58,917 nt of DNA from Nocardiopsaceae bacterium (lineage in GTDB: Bacteria; Actinomycetota; Actinomycetes; Streptosporangiales; Streptosporangiaceae). The notes under the pieces are model-generated. The model was not told the DNA's origin, did not search any database, and saw nothing but the letters and a program-made list of their open reading frames with translations. The translations under genes were made by a program, and so were the position numbers. The stretch covers positions 1 to 58,917 of the forward strand of contig JAFMRC010000002.1 of the NCBI GenBank assembly GCA_017354375.1, written 5' to 3'. Positions 18,749 through 28,266 of this stretch are shown piece by piece; position 1 is the first letter of the stretch, and each line of letters starts with the position of its first letter.

Positions 18749-18979
18749 CTAGTGGCTGGCGATCGCCTTCGCCTCGTCGGGCCTTGCGGCACCGCCCCGG
18801 CCGCGCAGCTTAACGCCGGTCTCGGTGAGCAACCGGTGGACGAATCCGTACGACTTCCCCGTGGTGGCGGCTAGCGCCCGGATGGACTCCCCCGAGTAAT
18901 ACCTGTTCTTCAGGTCGGTCGCCATCTTGCTGCGATCGGTGCCCGTCACCCTGGCGCCTTTCCGGATACTGTCACCCAC
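18749..18979 (-). CDS. gbn: Small actinobacterial HTH / nucleoid-associated protein (SCO1839/Rv1473A-like)
   Basis: RKGARVTG..R..MATDLKNRYYSGESIRALAATTGKSYGFVHRLLTETGVKLRGRGG; lies downstream of an ABC-F gene; RBS GGAGG. Confidence 0.85.
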   Translation of the reverse strand: MGDSIRKGARVTGTDRSKMATDLKNRYYSGESIRALAATTGKSYGFVHRLLTETGVKLRGRGGAARPDEAKAIASH

Positions 18980-19142
18980 GTGTACCTCCCGTTATGTTAG
19001 GCATTCGTTGCGTAACTCTCCCTCTCCGCAATGATCACCTATCGGAGCGTGGTTGGCCACCCAGATGACGGGATTTCCGGATGCGGAGACGAATGGTCGA
19101 TATGGCGCTATGAATGGTCATGCTAGAGCGACGAATGGTCAG

Positions 19143-20747
19143 TCAGGCCAGGGCGACGAGTTCCGTGAAATCGTCGCTCCAGATGTCCTCGGTGCCTTCC
19201 GGCAGAACGACGACCCGCTGCGGCGACAGCGCGTCGACCGCGCCCTCGTCGTGCGTGACCAGGACGATAGCGCCCTGGAAACCTCGCAGCGCGGCCAGGA
19301 TCTCCTCCCGGCTGGCCGGATCCAGGTTGTTGGTCGGCTCGTCGAGCAGCAGGACGTTCGCGCCGGACACGACCAGCAGCGCCAGCGCCAGCCGCGTCTT
19401 CTCGCCGCCGGAAAGGACGCCGGCCGGCTTGTCCGCGTCCTCGCCGGAGAACAGGAATGAGCCGAGGACATTCCGCTGCTCGGTGTCGGTGAGCTCGGGC
19501 GCGGCGGTGCGCATGTTCTCGATGATCGTCCGCTCGGTATCGAGCGTCTCGTGTTCCTGCGCGTAATATCCGAGCCGCAGGCCGTGTCCCGGCGTGACCT
19601 TTCCGGTGTCCGGCTTTTCCACGCTCGCCAGCAGCCGGAGAAGCGTGGTCTTGCCCGCGCCGTTCAGCCCGAGGACGACAATGCGGCTACCCCGGTCCAC
19701 CGCCACGCTAACGTCGGTGAAAACCTCAAGGGAACCATAGGATTTCGAAAGCCCGGATGCCGTGAGCGGGACTTTTCCGCATGGTCTTGGAACCGGAAAG
19801 CGGAGTTTGGCCACGCGGTCGGACTTGCGCTCGTCCTCGAGCCCGTCGAGCAGCCGCTCCGCGCGGCGCTGCATGTTCTGTGCCGCCTTCGCCTTCGTCG
19901 CCTTCGCGTGCAGCTTGTGGGCCTGCGCCGACAGCGCGGTCGCCTGCCGCTCGGCATTGGCCCGCTCCCGCTTGCGGCGCCGCTCGTCGGCCTCGCGCTG
20001 GGTCAGGTACGCCTTCCAGCCGACGTTGTAGATGTCCAGCACGCAGCGGTTGGCGTCCAGGCAGAAGACCTTGTTGACGACCTGCTCGACCAGGTCCACG
20101 TCGTGGCTGATCACCATGAGCCCGCCGCGGTAGTTCTTCAGGTGGTCGCGTAGCCAGGCGATCGAGTCGGCGTCCAGGTGGTTGGTCGGCTCGTCCAGCA
20201 GCAGGGTCTGGGAGTCGCCGAACAGGATCCGGGCCAGCTCGATCCTCCTCCGCTGCCCGCCGGACAGCGTCTTCAGGGGCTGGTGCAGTACCCGGTCGGG
20301 CAGCCCCAGGCTGGCGGCGAGGCTTGCCGCCTCCGATTCGGCCGCGTAGCCGCCGAGCACCGTGAGCCGGTCGCTCAGGGTGCCGTACCTGCGGATGGCC
20401 TTCTCCGCGACGGCCGGGTCGTGGTGCGACATCTGCGCCTCGGCCCGGCGCAACTGCTCGCGCACCTCGTCCAGGCCGCGGGCGGACAGCACCCGGTCGA
20501 GGGCGAGAACATCCAGGTCACCGGTCCGCGGATCCTGCGGCAGGTAGCCGACACCACCGCCGCCACCGCGGCGCACGGTGCCCGCGGCGGGCAGGCCCTC
20601 GCCGGCCAGCGCCTTCATCAGCGTGGTCTTGCCGGCGCCGTTGCGCCCGACCAGGCCGATCCGGTCGCCCTCGGCTACCTGGAACGAAGCGCCGGCCAGC
20701 AGCAGCCGGGCACCAGCGCGCAGCTCAATGCCGCTCGCGACGATCAT
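19143..20747 (-). CDS. ABC-F family ATP-binding protein (ribosome-associated)
   Basis: Two ABC domains (GRNGAGKTT, GLNGAGKTT; LDEPTNHLD, LDEPTNNLD), no TM segments. Confidence 0.95.
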   Translation of the reverse strand: MIVASGIELRAGARLLLAGASFQVAEGDRIGLVGRNGAGKTTLMKALAGEGLPAAGTVRRGGGGGVGYLPQDPRTGDLDVLALDRVLSARGLDEVREQLRRAEAQMSHHDPAVAEKAIRRYGTLSDRLTVLGGYAAESEAASLAASLGLPDRVLHQPLKTLSGGQRRRIELARILFGDSQTLLLDEPTNHLDADSIAWLRDHLKNYRGGLMVISHDVDLVEQVVNKVFCLDANRCVLDIYNVGWKAYLTQREADERRRKRERANAERQATALSAQAHKLHAKATKAKAAQNMQRRAERLLDGLEDERKSDRVAKLRFPVPRPCGKVPLTASGLSKSYGSLEVFTDVSVAVDRGSRIVVLGLNGAGKTTLLRLLASVEKPDTGKVTPGHGLRLGYYAQEHETLDTERTIIENMRTAAPELTDTEQRNVLGSFLFSGEDADKPAGVLSGGEKTRLALALLVVSGANVLLLDEPTNNLDPASREEILAALRGFQGAIVLVTHDEGAVDALSPQRVVVLPEGTEDIWSDDFTELVALA

Positions 20748-21025
20748 GATTTCACCACTTCAGCGATAGGCAACTATGACGGACTCGGGCGCCTGCGGCC
20801 GGGATCTGGGTGTAGCGCGGGCGGAACCTGAGCGGAACCGGGCACACGCCTCCTCCCCCGGACGGGGCCAGGCCGTCATGTCATGAGTGGCGTCATGCCA
20901 CCAGCGTACCCGATCGGTGGTGAGGGGCGCGCATCGGCCACTACCTCCCACAAGGGGCTTCACTACTGACAGCTCTATCGTGTTTACTATCCGTGCCAAT
21001 ACGTTTCGCCACGGAGGACGACTCC

Positions 21026-22048
21026 ATGTTTCCCCTCGATCCCGTATCCAGTCCGGACGACGGCTCGCCCGCGCGAAGCCCCGGCGGCAGGTTCGTGCGT
21101 CCCGGCGCCATCGCGTGGGGCCGAATGCCCGAGGTACCCGGCGACCCGGGTGACCCGGACGACCCGGACCGCCCCGCTGGAGCCGACGCCGCCTGCGAGG
21201 ACGCCGCCTGCGAGGCGGTGGAGAAGGCACTCGCCGCCATGGCCGCGGACGACCAGATGGCCGGAGGCGACGGGATGGCCGGGGATGACGGGATGGCCGG
21301 GGGCGACGGGCGCGCCAGGGAGCTGCTCGGCGAGCTGGCCCGCGCACGCGTCCTGGTGCCGCTGCCAACCGGGCCGCATCCCGTCACCGACGGCTCGGCG
21401 GTCGTGCTCCCCGTCGTCACCTACCTTGGCGCGGAGTTCGTGCCCTGCTTCACCTCCGCCGAGCGGCTCGCCCTGTTCGCCCGGTCCCCCCTGGCCGGCC
21501 GGACCGCCGAGGGGCCGTCGCGGCGGGCAGCGGACGCGCGCCCGGTTCCGCACATCGCGGTCCCCGCGACGGCACTCGCCCGGCAGCTCCCGCCGGGCCT
21601 GGGCATGGCGCTCAACCCCGGCGCCGAGCAAAGCCTCCCGATCGGCCCGGACGGCGTCGCGTACCTGGCCGGCAACCGCCGCGGCGAGTCCGGCGGAGAC
21701 GTCCGGGTCGGGCATCCCCCGGCCGAGCCGGACGCCCTGCTGCGCGAGGTAGAGCGCGGCCTGGCGCAACTGCCCGACGTCATCGCCGCGTCACGGGCCT
21801 GGCTGTCGGTCCCCGGCGCGGGCGAGGGCCTGGTCTTCTCGGTGACGCTGGAGGATCCCGCCTGCGAAGCCGCGCACGCGAACGTCGTCGGGGCGATCGA
21901 GCGCGCCGTGGCCTCGGTGCCGCAGCAGCCCGGCTACCCCATCGACGTCACGTTCCCCGGCGAGGCCGCCCCGGACCTCGTGGACGAATGGGTCGCCGCG
22001 CACGCGCCCCCCTTCTACACCCGGGAGGGCCGCGATCCGAGCGCGTAG
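21026..22048 (+). CDS. SseB-family protein (SseB N- and C-terminal domains)
   Basis: LARARVLVP, FVPCFTSAERL, GMALNPG, VIAASRAWL; RBS GGAGG. Confidence 0.75.
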   Translation: MFPLDPVSSPDDGSPARSPGGRFVRPGAIAWGRMPEVPGDPGDPDDPDRPAGADAACEDAACEAVEKALAAMAADDQMAGGDGMAGDDGMAGGDGRARELLGELARARVLVPLPTGPHPVTDGSAVVLPVVTYLGAEFVPCFTSAERLALFARSPLAGRTAEGPSRRAADARPVPHIAVPATALARQLPPGLGMALNPGAEQSLPIGPDGVAYLAGNRRGESGGDVRVGHPPAEPDALLREVERGLAQLPDVIAASRAWLSVPGAGEGLVFSVTLEDPACEAAHANVVGAIERAVASVPQQPGYPIDVTFPGEAAPDLVDEWVAAHAPPFYTREGRDPSA

Positions 22049-22067
22049 CAGCCTGCCAACTTACAGG

Positions 22068-22179
22068 GCCACACCCGTCACTCCCGTACTTCATTGTCGG
22101 AGTTCCGGTCACTTCCGTGCCCGTCTCGTACCCGTTTGCCCGTGCGGAACTCCGACAAAGAACCGGGGCGGCCCCGCGA
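22068..22179 (-). repeat. Repeat family A, copy 2
   Basis: 14-bp perfect IR TTGTCGGAGTTCCG (22094-22107) / CGGAACTCCGACAA (22145-22158); inverted copy of 5189-5299. Confidence 0.85.
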
Positions 22180-24609
22180 GCCGAGGAACCAGCGCAGTTT
22201 CTGGCGCAGCACCGGCAGCGAGGCCGTCGCGCCGAGCATCGCCAGGAAGCCGGGCACTTCCCAGCTGATGACCGCCCCCTGGCGGGACAAGTACAGTCCG
22301 ACCTCGCGAATGCCGTACTCGTCGGAGTAGTCGAGCAGCAGGTACCCGGCGAGCTGTCTGACCTCGTCGGCGCCGAGCTTGCGGGGCATGATCGTCGCCT
22401 TGCAGTCCAGCAGGAGGCCGCCGAGGATGAAGTCCGCGTCCGCGCCGCCGATGTCCCGGCTGCCGGCGAACTCCGGGCCGCAGGCAACCGCCCGGGACGG
22501 CAGCGACCGGAACCGGGCGAAAGCCTCGTCCGAGATCTCCATCTGCCGGCCGATGTCCTCCGGGACGTATCCGGGAACCGCCGCGACCAGCTCGTCCAGG
22601 GTCGTCGCCGGGGTTGCCGACGCGAGCATGCTGTACCGCCGCACCTCTCCCGTCCGGTATACGTCCTCGTAGAACGCCGCCACGAAGCACAGCCGGGCCA
22701 GGTAGTCATCACCGATGCCGCCCGGAGCGGCGAGGTACTCCTCCACCCGCGCCATGAGGGCAGCTCCGCACTCGTGCAGCGCCCCCCTGGCCGCGGCCGG
22801 CGGTGCTCCGCGGAGCGGTCCGGTGGCGCCGACCGCCGCGATTCCCCTCGTGACCGAGTTCCCGGGCGGGCGGCCGAGCGACAGCCGGAGCCGGAAGTCG
22901 ATCGCGTGCCCGAGCGCCGCCCAGGCCGGGTATCGCACGTCCGACGGCTGGACCGGGTGGGGCAGGTTCCCGATCCGCTTCTGGTAGTCCCGGACGACCC
23001 GCCAGGTGCCCGGCAGGTTCTCCATGAGGAACGCCGAAACGGGCGCCTCGGGATACCTCAGCTGCGCCGTGAGCGGGAGATCGATGAGCGGCACTCCCCC
23101 GGCCATCCCGCCGCCCGCCGGGGCGATCGCCTTCTCGTAGTCATCCGCCCAGCCCAGGCCCGTGATATCCAGCGTCTTCCTGGCCCGCGTGACCGCGACG
23201 TAGATCAGGCGCGCCTCTGCCGCGCTGAGCGGGTGCTGCACCCCGTCGTCATCGGCGGACGGCGGGCCGAAGCCGGGGCCGATGCGGACGCTGCCCCACT
23301 CCCGGCCCTTCGCCTTGTGCGCCGTGGAGACCGTGACCGTCGCTTCCTCTTCCCTCGACAGCCGGTCCACCGCGCCGATGATCGTCTCCGCCCCGTAGGA
23401 GTCGACCAGGTCCACGAGCGACTTCAGGTCGTGAGCCGAGCTGTCGTTCTCGGCGTACTCCTGGACCGAGGCCCAGTCCGGGAACAGGAACAATTCCGGG
23501 TGACTCGTCGGCTGGCCGGCCTTGAGCTCGCGCGCGGCCTCGGCGAGCTTGCGCAGCGCGGCGCCGCCGCCGGTGATGGCAACCGGCACCCCGGCTTCAA
23601 GGAAGCCCAGCACCTCGTGCATCACGTCGGCGTTGCCGCGGCACAGCACGGCGTCCGGGGCGTTCAGGGCGTCCGGGGACCGGGTCCGCGTCACGCGGGA
23701 ATCCCCGGGGCCGGCGCCCGCCAGCCGCATGTCCGACCCGGCATGCCGAAGCCACCGGTTGGCGACCTCCGCGATCGCGGGCCCGAACCGGAAGGACCGG
23801 GTCAGCCGTGCTTGCCGCGCGGGAAACCCGGTCATCACGTCCCGGGCCGCGCGCCAGGCGTAGATCTGCTGCGCCGGATCCCCGACGCAGATCCGCTGCG
23901 CGGCCTGGGCGAGGAAGATCGCCTCCAGCACCGGATTCGTGTCCTGGGCCTCATCGAGCATGATGAAATCGCCCGGCAGGACCGGGCGGGTCATCGCCCA
24001 TATCTTCATGTAGTGGTCGTGCTCGAACCGGAGGCGGCCGGATGTCGCGCGCAGGTCGTCCCAGGCCCTTTCCGCATAACGGGTCATGGCGACTGCCACG
24101 TAGTCAGTGGCTGCTGGATTCAGCCCGTTGACCGGTTCCATGTGCCTGGCCATCGGCTCGGTGTCGTTGCTGTAGCAGAACCTGCGAACCATGTTCATGA
24201 CCAGGCGCGCCTGGTGGAACCTGGTGATGCGGGCGCCGTCGACATCCAGGTCGCCGGTGATGCCGAGCAGCCGCGCGGTCCGGGCCGTGGGAATCCGGGC
24301 CGCTCCCAGCCGTTCGGCGTAGGCGCGCCCGACGGCCGCGTAGGCGATGGAGTGGGCGGTGCGGCATTCGACGTTCGGCCCGAAGCGCTGCTGGGCATCG
24401 CTGCGCGCGGCGCGGTTGAACGCCATGTACAGGCCGCGCGCCCGCGTGGCCGCCGCCATCATCACGAGCGTCGATGTCTTGCCGGTGCCCGCGCCGGCCA
24501 CTACCGCTAGGTCGTTACCGCTGGTGAAGGCGTCCCGGGCACGCACCTGCTCTTCGGTTGGCTCGGCCTTCTTCCCGGCGCTCAGGTCAGTCCCCGTCCC
24601 TCTTGCCAC
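22078..24609 (-). CDS. UvrD-like SF1 helicase fused to a C-terminal PD-(D/E)XK (RecB-like) nuclease
   Basis: AGAGTGKT, LDEAQD, VGDPAQQIY, SFRFG, STAHKAKGREW, YVAVTRAR; C-terminal GADADFILGGLLLDCKAT...RQLAGY. Confidence 0.88.
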   Translation of the reverse strand: MARGTGTDLSAGKKAEPTEEQVRARDAFTSGNDLAVVAGAGTGKTSTLVMMAAATRARGLYMAFNRAARSDAQQRFGPNVECRTAHSIAYAAVGRAYAERLGAARIPTARTARLLGITGDLDVDGARITRFHQARLVMNMVRRFCYSNDTEPMARHMEPVNGLNPAATDYVAVAMTRYAERAWDDLRATSGRLRFEHDHYMKIWAMTRPVLPGDFIMLDEAQDTNPVLEAIFLAQAAQRICVGDPAQQIYAWRAARDVMTGFPARQARLTRSFRFGPAIAEVANRWLRHAGSDMRLAGAGPGDSRVTRTRSPDALNAPDAVLCRGNADVMHEVLGFLEAGVPVAITGGGAALRKLAEAARELKAGQPTSHPELFLFPDWASVQEYAENDSSAHDLKSLVDLVDSYGAETIIGAVDRLSREEEATVTVSTAHKAKGREWGSVRIGPGFGPPSADDDGVQHPLSAAEARLIYVAVTRARKTLDITGLGWADDYEKAIAPAGGGMAGGVPLIDLPLTAQLRYPEAPVSAFLMENLPGTWRVVRDYQKRIGNLPHPVQPSDVRYPAWAALGHAIDFRLRLSLGRPPGNSVTRGIAAVGATGPLRGAPPAAARGALHECGAALMARVEEYLAAPGGIGDDYLARLCFVAAFYEDVYRTGEVRRYSMLASATPATTLDELVAAVPGYVPEDIGRQMEISDEAFARFRSLPSRAVACGPEFAGSRDIGGADADFILGGLLLDCKATIMPRKLGADEVRQLAGYLLLDYSDEYGIREVGLYLSRQGAVISWEVPGFLAMLGATASLPVLRQKLRWFLGSRGRPGSLSEFRTGKRVRDGHGSDRNSDNEVRE

Positions 24610-24694
24610 ACATAGCTACTATATGTAACGCAAGTCTCCCTCGTGGTGACTTCTGGACACTGACGCAAAACAGGGCGGTCAGCCCCGAGGGCCG

Positions 24695-25402
24695 CTAGGC
24701 CGAGAGGGCCAGCACCTGGTCCGCGAGCGACTGCCGGTCGGTTCCCGGCTGGATATGGGGGCTGTCCTTGGCCGCCCCCTGGATCGCGTGCCGGTCGGCT
24801 CGCTCCAGGTTGTGCCAGCACAGCAGCGCGAGCCGAAGCCCCTGGAACTGCTCGTTGGCGGTGCGGGAATCGGCGATGGCCGAGATGATCGTCGCCCCGT
24901 CGGCCAGCGAGGGGTCGCCCTGCATCAGCCCGATCGTCACCACGCGCAGCATCGGCGAGGCGTCCTTGAACAGCGCCCTGACCTCGGTCGCGCTCAGCTT
25001 CTCCCGCCGGGACAGCGCGGCCGCCCGCTGGACCAGCAGGTCCTGCAGGTAGACCTTGGCGTCGAGGTGCTGTGGCTCGCGCAGCTCCTCATGAACGAAA
25101 GCGTAGGATTCGGCGAACCTGGCCAGGTCGGCGCGGTCAAGGAGCCGTCCCGTCCCCGGGCCGCCCCGCTCACCGGCCTCCCGGCCCAGGTACCGGCCCA
25201 GGTGGAGGTCAAGGCCATCGGCGATGGCCGGAAGCCGCCCGACCCGGCCGAGCGCGAACGGGCTAACGACCAGCAGCGCCCCCACGACGAGAAGGGCGAT
25301 CACGCCCCCGTCGCCAGCCGAGAAGAGCGCCTTCACCACGCCCACGACGAGCAGCGCCAGACCAGCCACGCCGATGACCGAGCGCGTTCCCTGAGAGGAC
25401 AT
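24695..25402 (-). CDS. Hypothetical membrane protein (two N-terminal TM helices and a helical domain)
   Basis: RBS GGAGG/GAGGG, two hydrophobic segments, normal codon bias. Confidence 0.65.
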   Translation of the reverse strand: MSSQGTRSVIGVAGLALLVVGVVKALFSAGDGGVIALLVVGALLVVSPFALGRVGRLPAIADGLDLHLGRYLGREAGERGGPGTGRLLDRADLARFAESYAFVHEELREPQHLDAKVYLQDLLVQRAAALSRREKLSATEVRALFKDASPMLRVVTIGLMQGDPSLADGATIISAIADSRTANEQFQGLRLALLCWHNLERADRHAIQGAAKDSPHIQPGTDRQSLADQVLALSA

Positions 25403-25440
25403 CCCTCACCTCCAACCTCCCTGCATTATGCGTGCCCGGT

Positions 25441-25497
25441 ATACCCCGTAAGACCATAAATCCCGATCTTTCATCCGAACGGATCATCCCGCCTCCC
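25441..25497 (+). repeat. Repeat family B copy
   Basis: ATACCCCGTA...CTTTCATCCGAACGGATCATCCCGCCTCCC. Confidence 0.7.
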
Positions 25498-25709
25498 TGC
25501 CCCTACCGCCTCCCCATCGAGGCAAGGCGTCGTTGTAGTCAGGGGCCCGAAGGTCCGGATGGCGCCGAGCGCCGGGCACGAGATGGGCGATGGCTGGGGC
25601 GTCGATGCTGGGGGTATGCGGGCCGGAGGCGGGGCGCATGTCCGGTTCTGCGGGGGTATGCCCGAGGCGCGGGGGTGTTCGGGACGGGCCGCGCCGCGGC
25701 GACAGAGAT

Positions 25710-25756
25710 CCGCGTGGAGGATATGTGAGGGTGGAGAGCACATATCCTCCACGCGG
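25710..25756. repeat. 18-bp perfect hairpin CCGCGTGGAGGATATGTG-N11-CACATATCCTCCACGCGG, flanked by GATC
   Basis: Seen directly; intergenic between divergent genes. Confidence 0.75.
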
Positions 25757-26023
25757 GCGTGATCGCGGCCTGGACTGATACCCCAGCGGGTATTCGAGGA
25801 TCGTGAATTGGCCAACAGGATCACCCAGACAACAGCGATGGCATCCCCGCGTACACGATCCCGCGGCAGCGGTGGCGCCATTGCTGTCGCTGCGGCCCGG
25901 CGCGGCGGCGGGCGTGAAGGCGAAGCTACACCGCGTAAATTGACGGGTTATATCCGGCGGGTGATGATGGCCGTGTCGTTCTTCGGCTCTTCAGGCATCA
26001 CCGGGACTCCAGGAGCGGGACAC

Positions 26024-26731
26024 GTGAAGATCATCGGGGCGGGGCTTCCGCGCACTGCGACGTTCACCCAGAAAATATCGCTGGAAATGCTGGGCTTCGG
26101 TCCGTGCTACCACATGGCCGAGGCCATGGACAGGCCCGATCGCATGGCCCAGTGGATCGACGCGTTCAACGGGAACCCGGGCTGGGACGCGATCTACGAC
26201 GGCTTCGCGGCCACCGTGGACTGGCCGGGAGCGTACTACTACCGGGAACTGGCCGAGGCCTTCCCGGACGCGAAGGTCCTGCTCAGCGTGCGGGACGGGG
26301 CCGCGTGGGCGCGGAGCATGCGCAATACCATCTGGGACATGGTGTTCGGCGACTCGCCGGTGCACCACCTGATGATGGCCCAGTCGCGGATCGACCCGGT
26401 CCGGCAGCGGTTCACCGAGACGCTCCTGGGGATGACCACGGAATCAGGCATGTTCGGACCCGACCCGGAGAATTTCGACGAGAAGACGCTGGCCGCGAGC
26501 ATGGAGCGGCACAATGCGGAGGTACGCCGGCTTATCCCGAAGGAGCGGCTGCTGGAATGGTGGCCGGGTGACGGCTGGGAACCGCTGTGCGAATTCCTGG
26601 AGGTGCCGGTTCCCGCGGCGGCGGTGCCGCACGTCAACGACTCGGCCGGCTTCGGTGCCATGATGACCGAGACCTACCTGGGAGCGCTGAACCAGTGGTG
26701 GCGCGAGCAGCGGCTGGCGCCGACGGGCTAG
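26024..26731 (+). CDS. Sulfotransferase-like protein (Sulfotransfer_4 family)
   Basis: KIIGAGLPRTAT, GFGPCYHM, ATVDWP, DGWEPLCEFL, PHVND; RBS AGGAG. Confidence 0.88.
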   Translation: MKIIGAGLPRTATFTQKISLEMLGFGPCYHMAEAMDRPDRMAQWIDAFNGNPGWDAIYDGFAATVDWPGAYYYRELAEAFPDAKVLLSVRDGAAWARSMRNTIWDMVFGDSPVHHLMMAQSRIDPVRQRFTETLLGMTTESGMFGPDPENFDEKTLAASMERHNAEVRRLIPKERLLEWWPGDGWEPLCEFLEVPVPAAAVPHVNDSAGFGAMMTETYLGALNQWWREQRLAPTG

Positions 26732-26755
26732 GCCACGGCGGGTTAAGCTACAGCG

Positions 26756-27487
26756 GTGAGCCAGGTACCGACCGTGCTCGTCCCGGGGCTGCTCTGCTCG
26801 CCCCGCCTGTACGCCGAGCAGCTTCCGGCCCTGTGGCGGTTCGGGCCGGTCAGCGTGGCGAGCCATCACCACGACGACAGTGTCCCCGCGATCGCCGGCC
26901 GGATCCTCGCCTCGGCGCCCCCGCGGTTCGCGCTCGCCGGGCTCTCGATGGGCGGGTACCTGGCCTTCGAGATCATGCGCCAGGACGCCGGCCGGGTGAC
27001 CCGGCTGGCCCTGCTCAACACGTCGGCCCGCCCGGACACCGCCGAGCAGGCCCGTGGCCGCCGCGACCAGATCGCGCTGGCCCGGGACGGCCGGTTCACC
27101 GAGGTGGTCGATGCCCTCTACCGGCGCTGGGTGCGCCCGGCCCGGCGCGGCGACCGCGAGCTGGAGCGGACGATGCGCCAGATGGCGGACGAGACCGGCC
27201 CCGAGGCGTTCGCCCGCCAGCAGGCCGCCATCATGAACCGCCCCGATTCCCGCCCCGGCCTCGCCGCGATCGATTGCCCCGTGCTCGTCGTCGCCGGGGC
27301 CGACGACGACGTCACTCCCCCCGAGCACGCCGCGGAGATCGCTGGCCTCATGCCGAAGGCGCGACTGGCCGTGATACCGGACTGCGGCCACCTGTCCACG
27401 CTGGAGCAGCCGGCCGCGGTCCGCCAGGCGCTGACCGACTGGCTAGCGCAAGCTCCGGAGGGAGTGGGGGCTGGGGAGACGGAATGA
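26756..27487 (+). CDS. Alpha/beta hydrolase
   Basis: GLSMGG nucleophile elbow, GADDDVTP, CGHLSTLEQP. Confidence 0.9.
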   Translation: MSQVPTVLVPGLLCSPRLYAEQLPALWRFGPVSVASHHHDDSVPAIAGRILASAPPRFALAGLSMGGYLAFEIMRQDAGRVTRLALLNTSARPDTAEQARGRRDQIALARDGRFTEVVDALYRRWVRPARRGDRELERTMRQMADETGPEAFARQQAAIMNRPDSRPGLAAIDCPVLVVAGADDDVTPPEHAAEIAGLMPKARLAVIPDCGHLSTLEQPAAVRQALTDWLAQAPEGVGAGETE

Positions 27488-27512
27488 TCCGTTCGGGAAA
27501 AAGGGTTTTTAG
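27471..27512 (-). repeat. Repeat family B copy
   Basis: CTGGGGAGACGGAATGATCCGTTCGGGAAAAAGGGTTTT; overlaps the hydrolase stop and directly precedes the fpg-like pseudogene. Confidence 0.75.
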
Positions 27513-27514
27513 GG

Positions 27515-28266
27515 ATGCCCGAACTACCTGAAGCCGAGTCTGCCCGCGCCGTTATCGAGCGGACGGCTCTCGGCCGGAAGATCGCCGCGCCGTCGATGTG
27601 CCTGGTCCACACCGCCCCCGCCGGGCAGATCGCCGCGGCCCTGACCGGGACGGCGCTGACCACGGCGCACCGGAGGCGGCGGCCCGGTCCTCGGAATCCA
27701 CCTCGGAATGTCCGGAAAAATCGTGATCGCTGATCCCGACGGCACCGAGACCGACGGCGGCGACTACTGGAAGCGCGGCCGCGCCACCGGCGACTACCGC
27801 CACACCCGGTTCTCCCTGGCCTTCGCCGACGGCGGCGTGCTGCGGCTCATCGACCCCCGCAGGCTCGGCCGCGTCCGGCTCGACCCGCCGCTTGAGGATC
27901 TCGGCCCCGACGCCGCGACCATCAGCGAGGCCCAGTTCGCGGCCGCGATCGAGCGCCGTTAAGGTCCGGCTGCTTGACCAGCACGCCCTGGCCGGGGTGG
28001 GCAAACTGGTGGCCGACGACACCCTGTGGCGGGCCGGGGTGTACCCGGGTCGTCCGGTTGACGTCCTTACCGGCCCCGAACGCCAGCGGCTTTACCGGGC
28101 GCTGCGCGACACGATCGACCAGGCGCTGCGCGACGGCGGCGTGCACGTCCTCCCCCTGGTCCCCCACCGCCGCCCTGGCGGCCACTGCCCGCGGGACGGT
28201 GCCGAACTGCGCCGTTCCAAGGTGGGCGGCCGGACAACTTTCTGGTGCCCCGCCCACCAGTCCTAG
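27515..28266 (+). pseudogene. Fpg/Nei DNA glycosylase pseudogene split over three frames
   Basis: MPELPEAE N-terminus; LGMSG...DPRRLG...LGPDA; LLDQHALAGVG and zinc finger CPRDG...GRTTFWCPAHQ in different frames. Confidence 0.88.
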
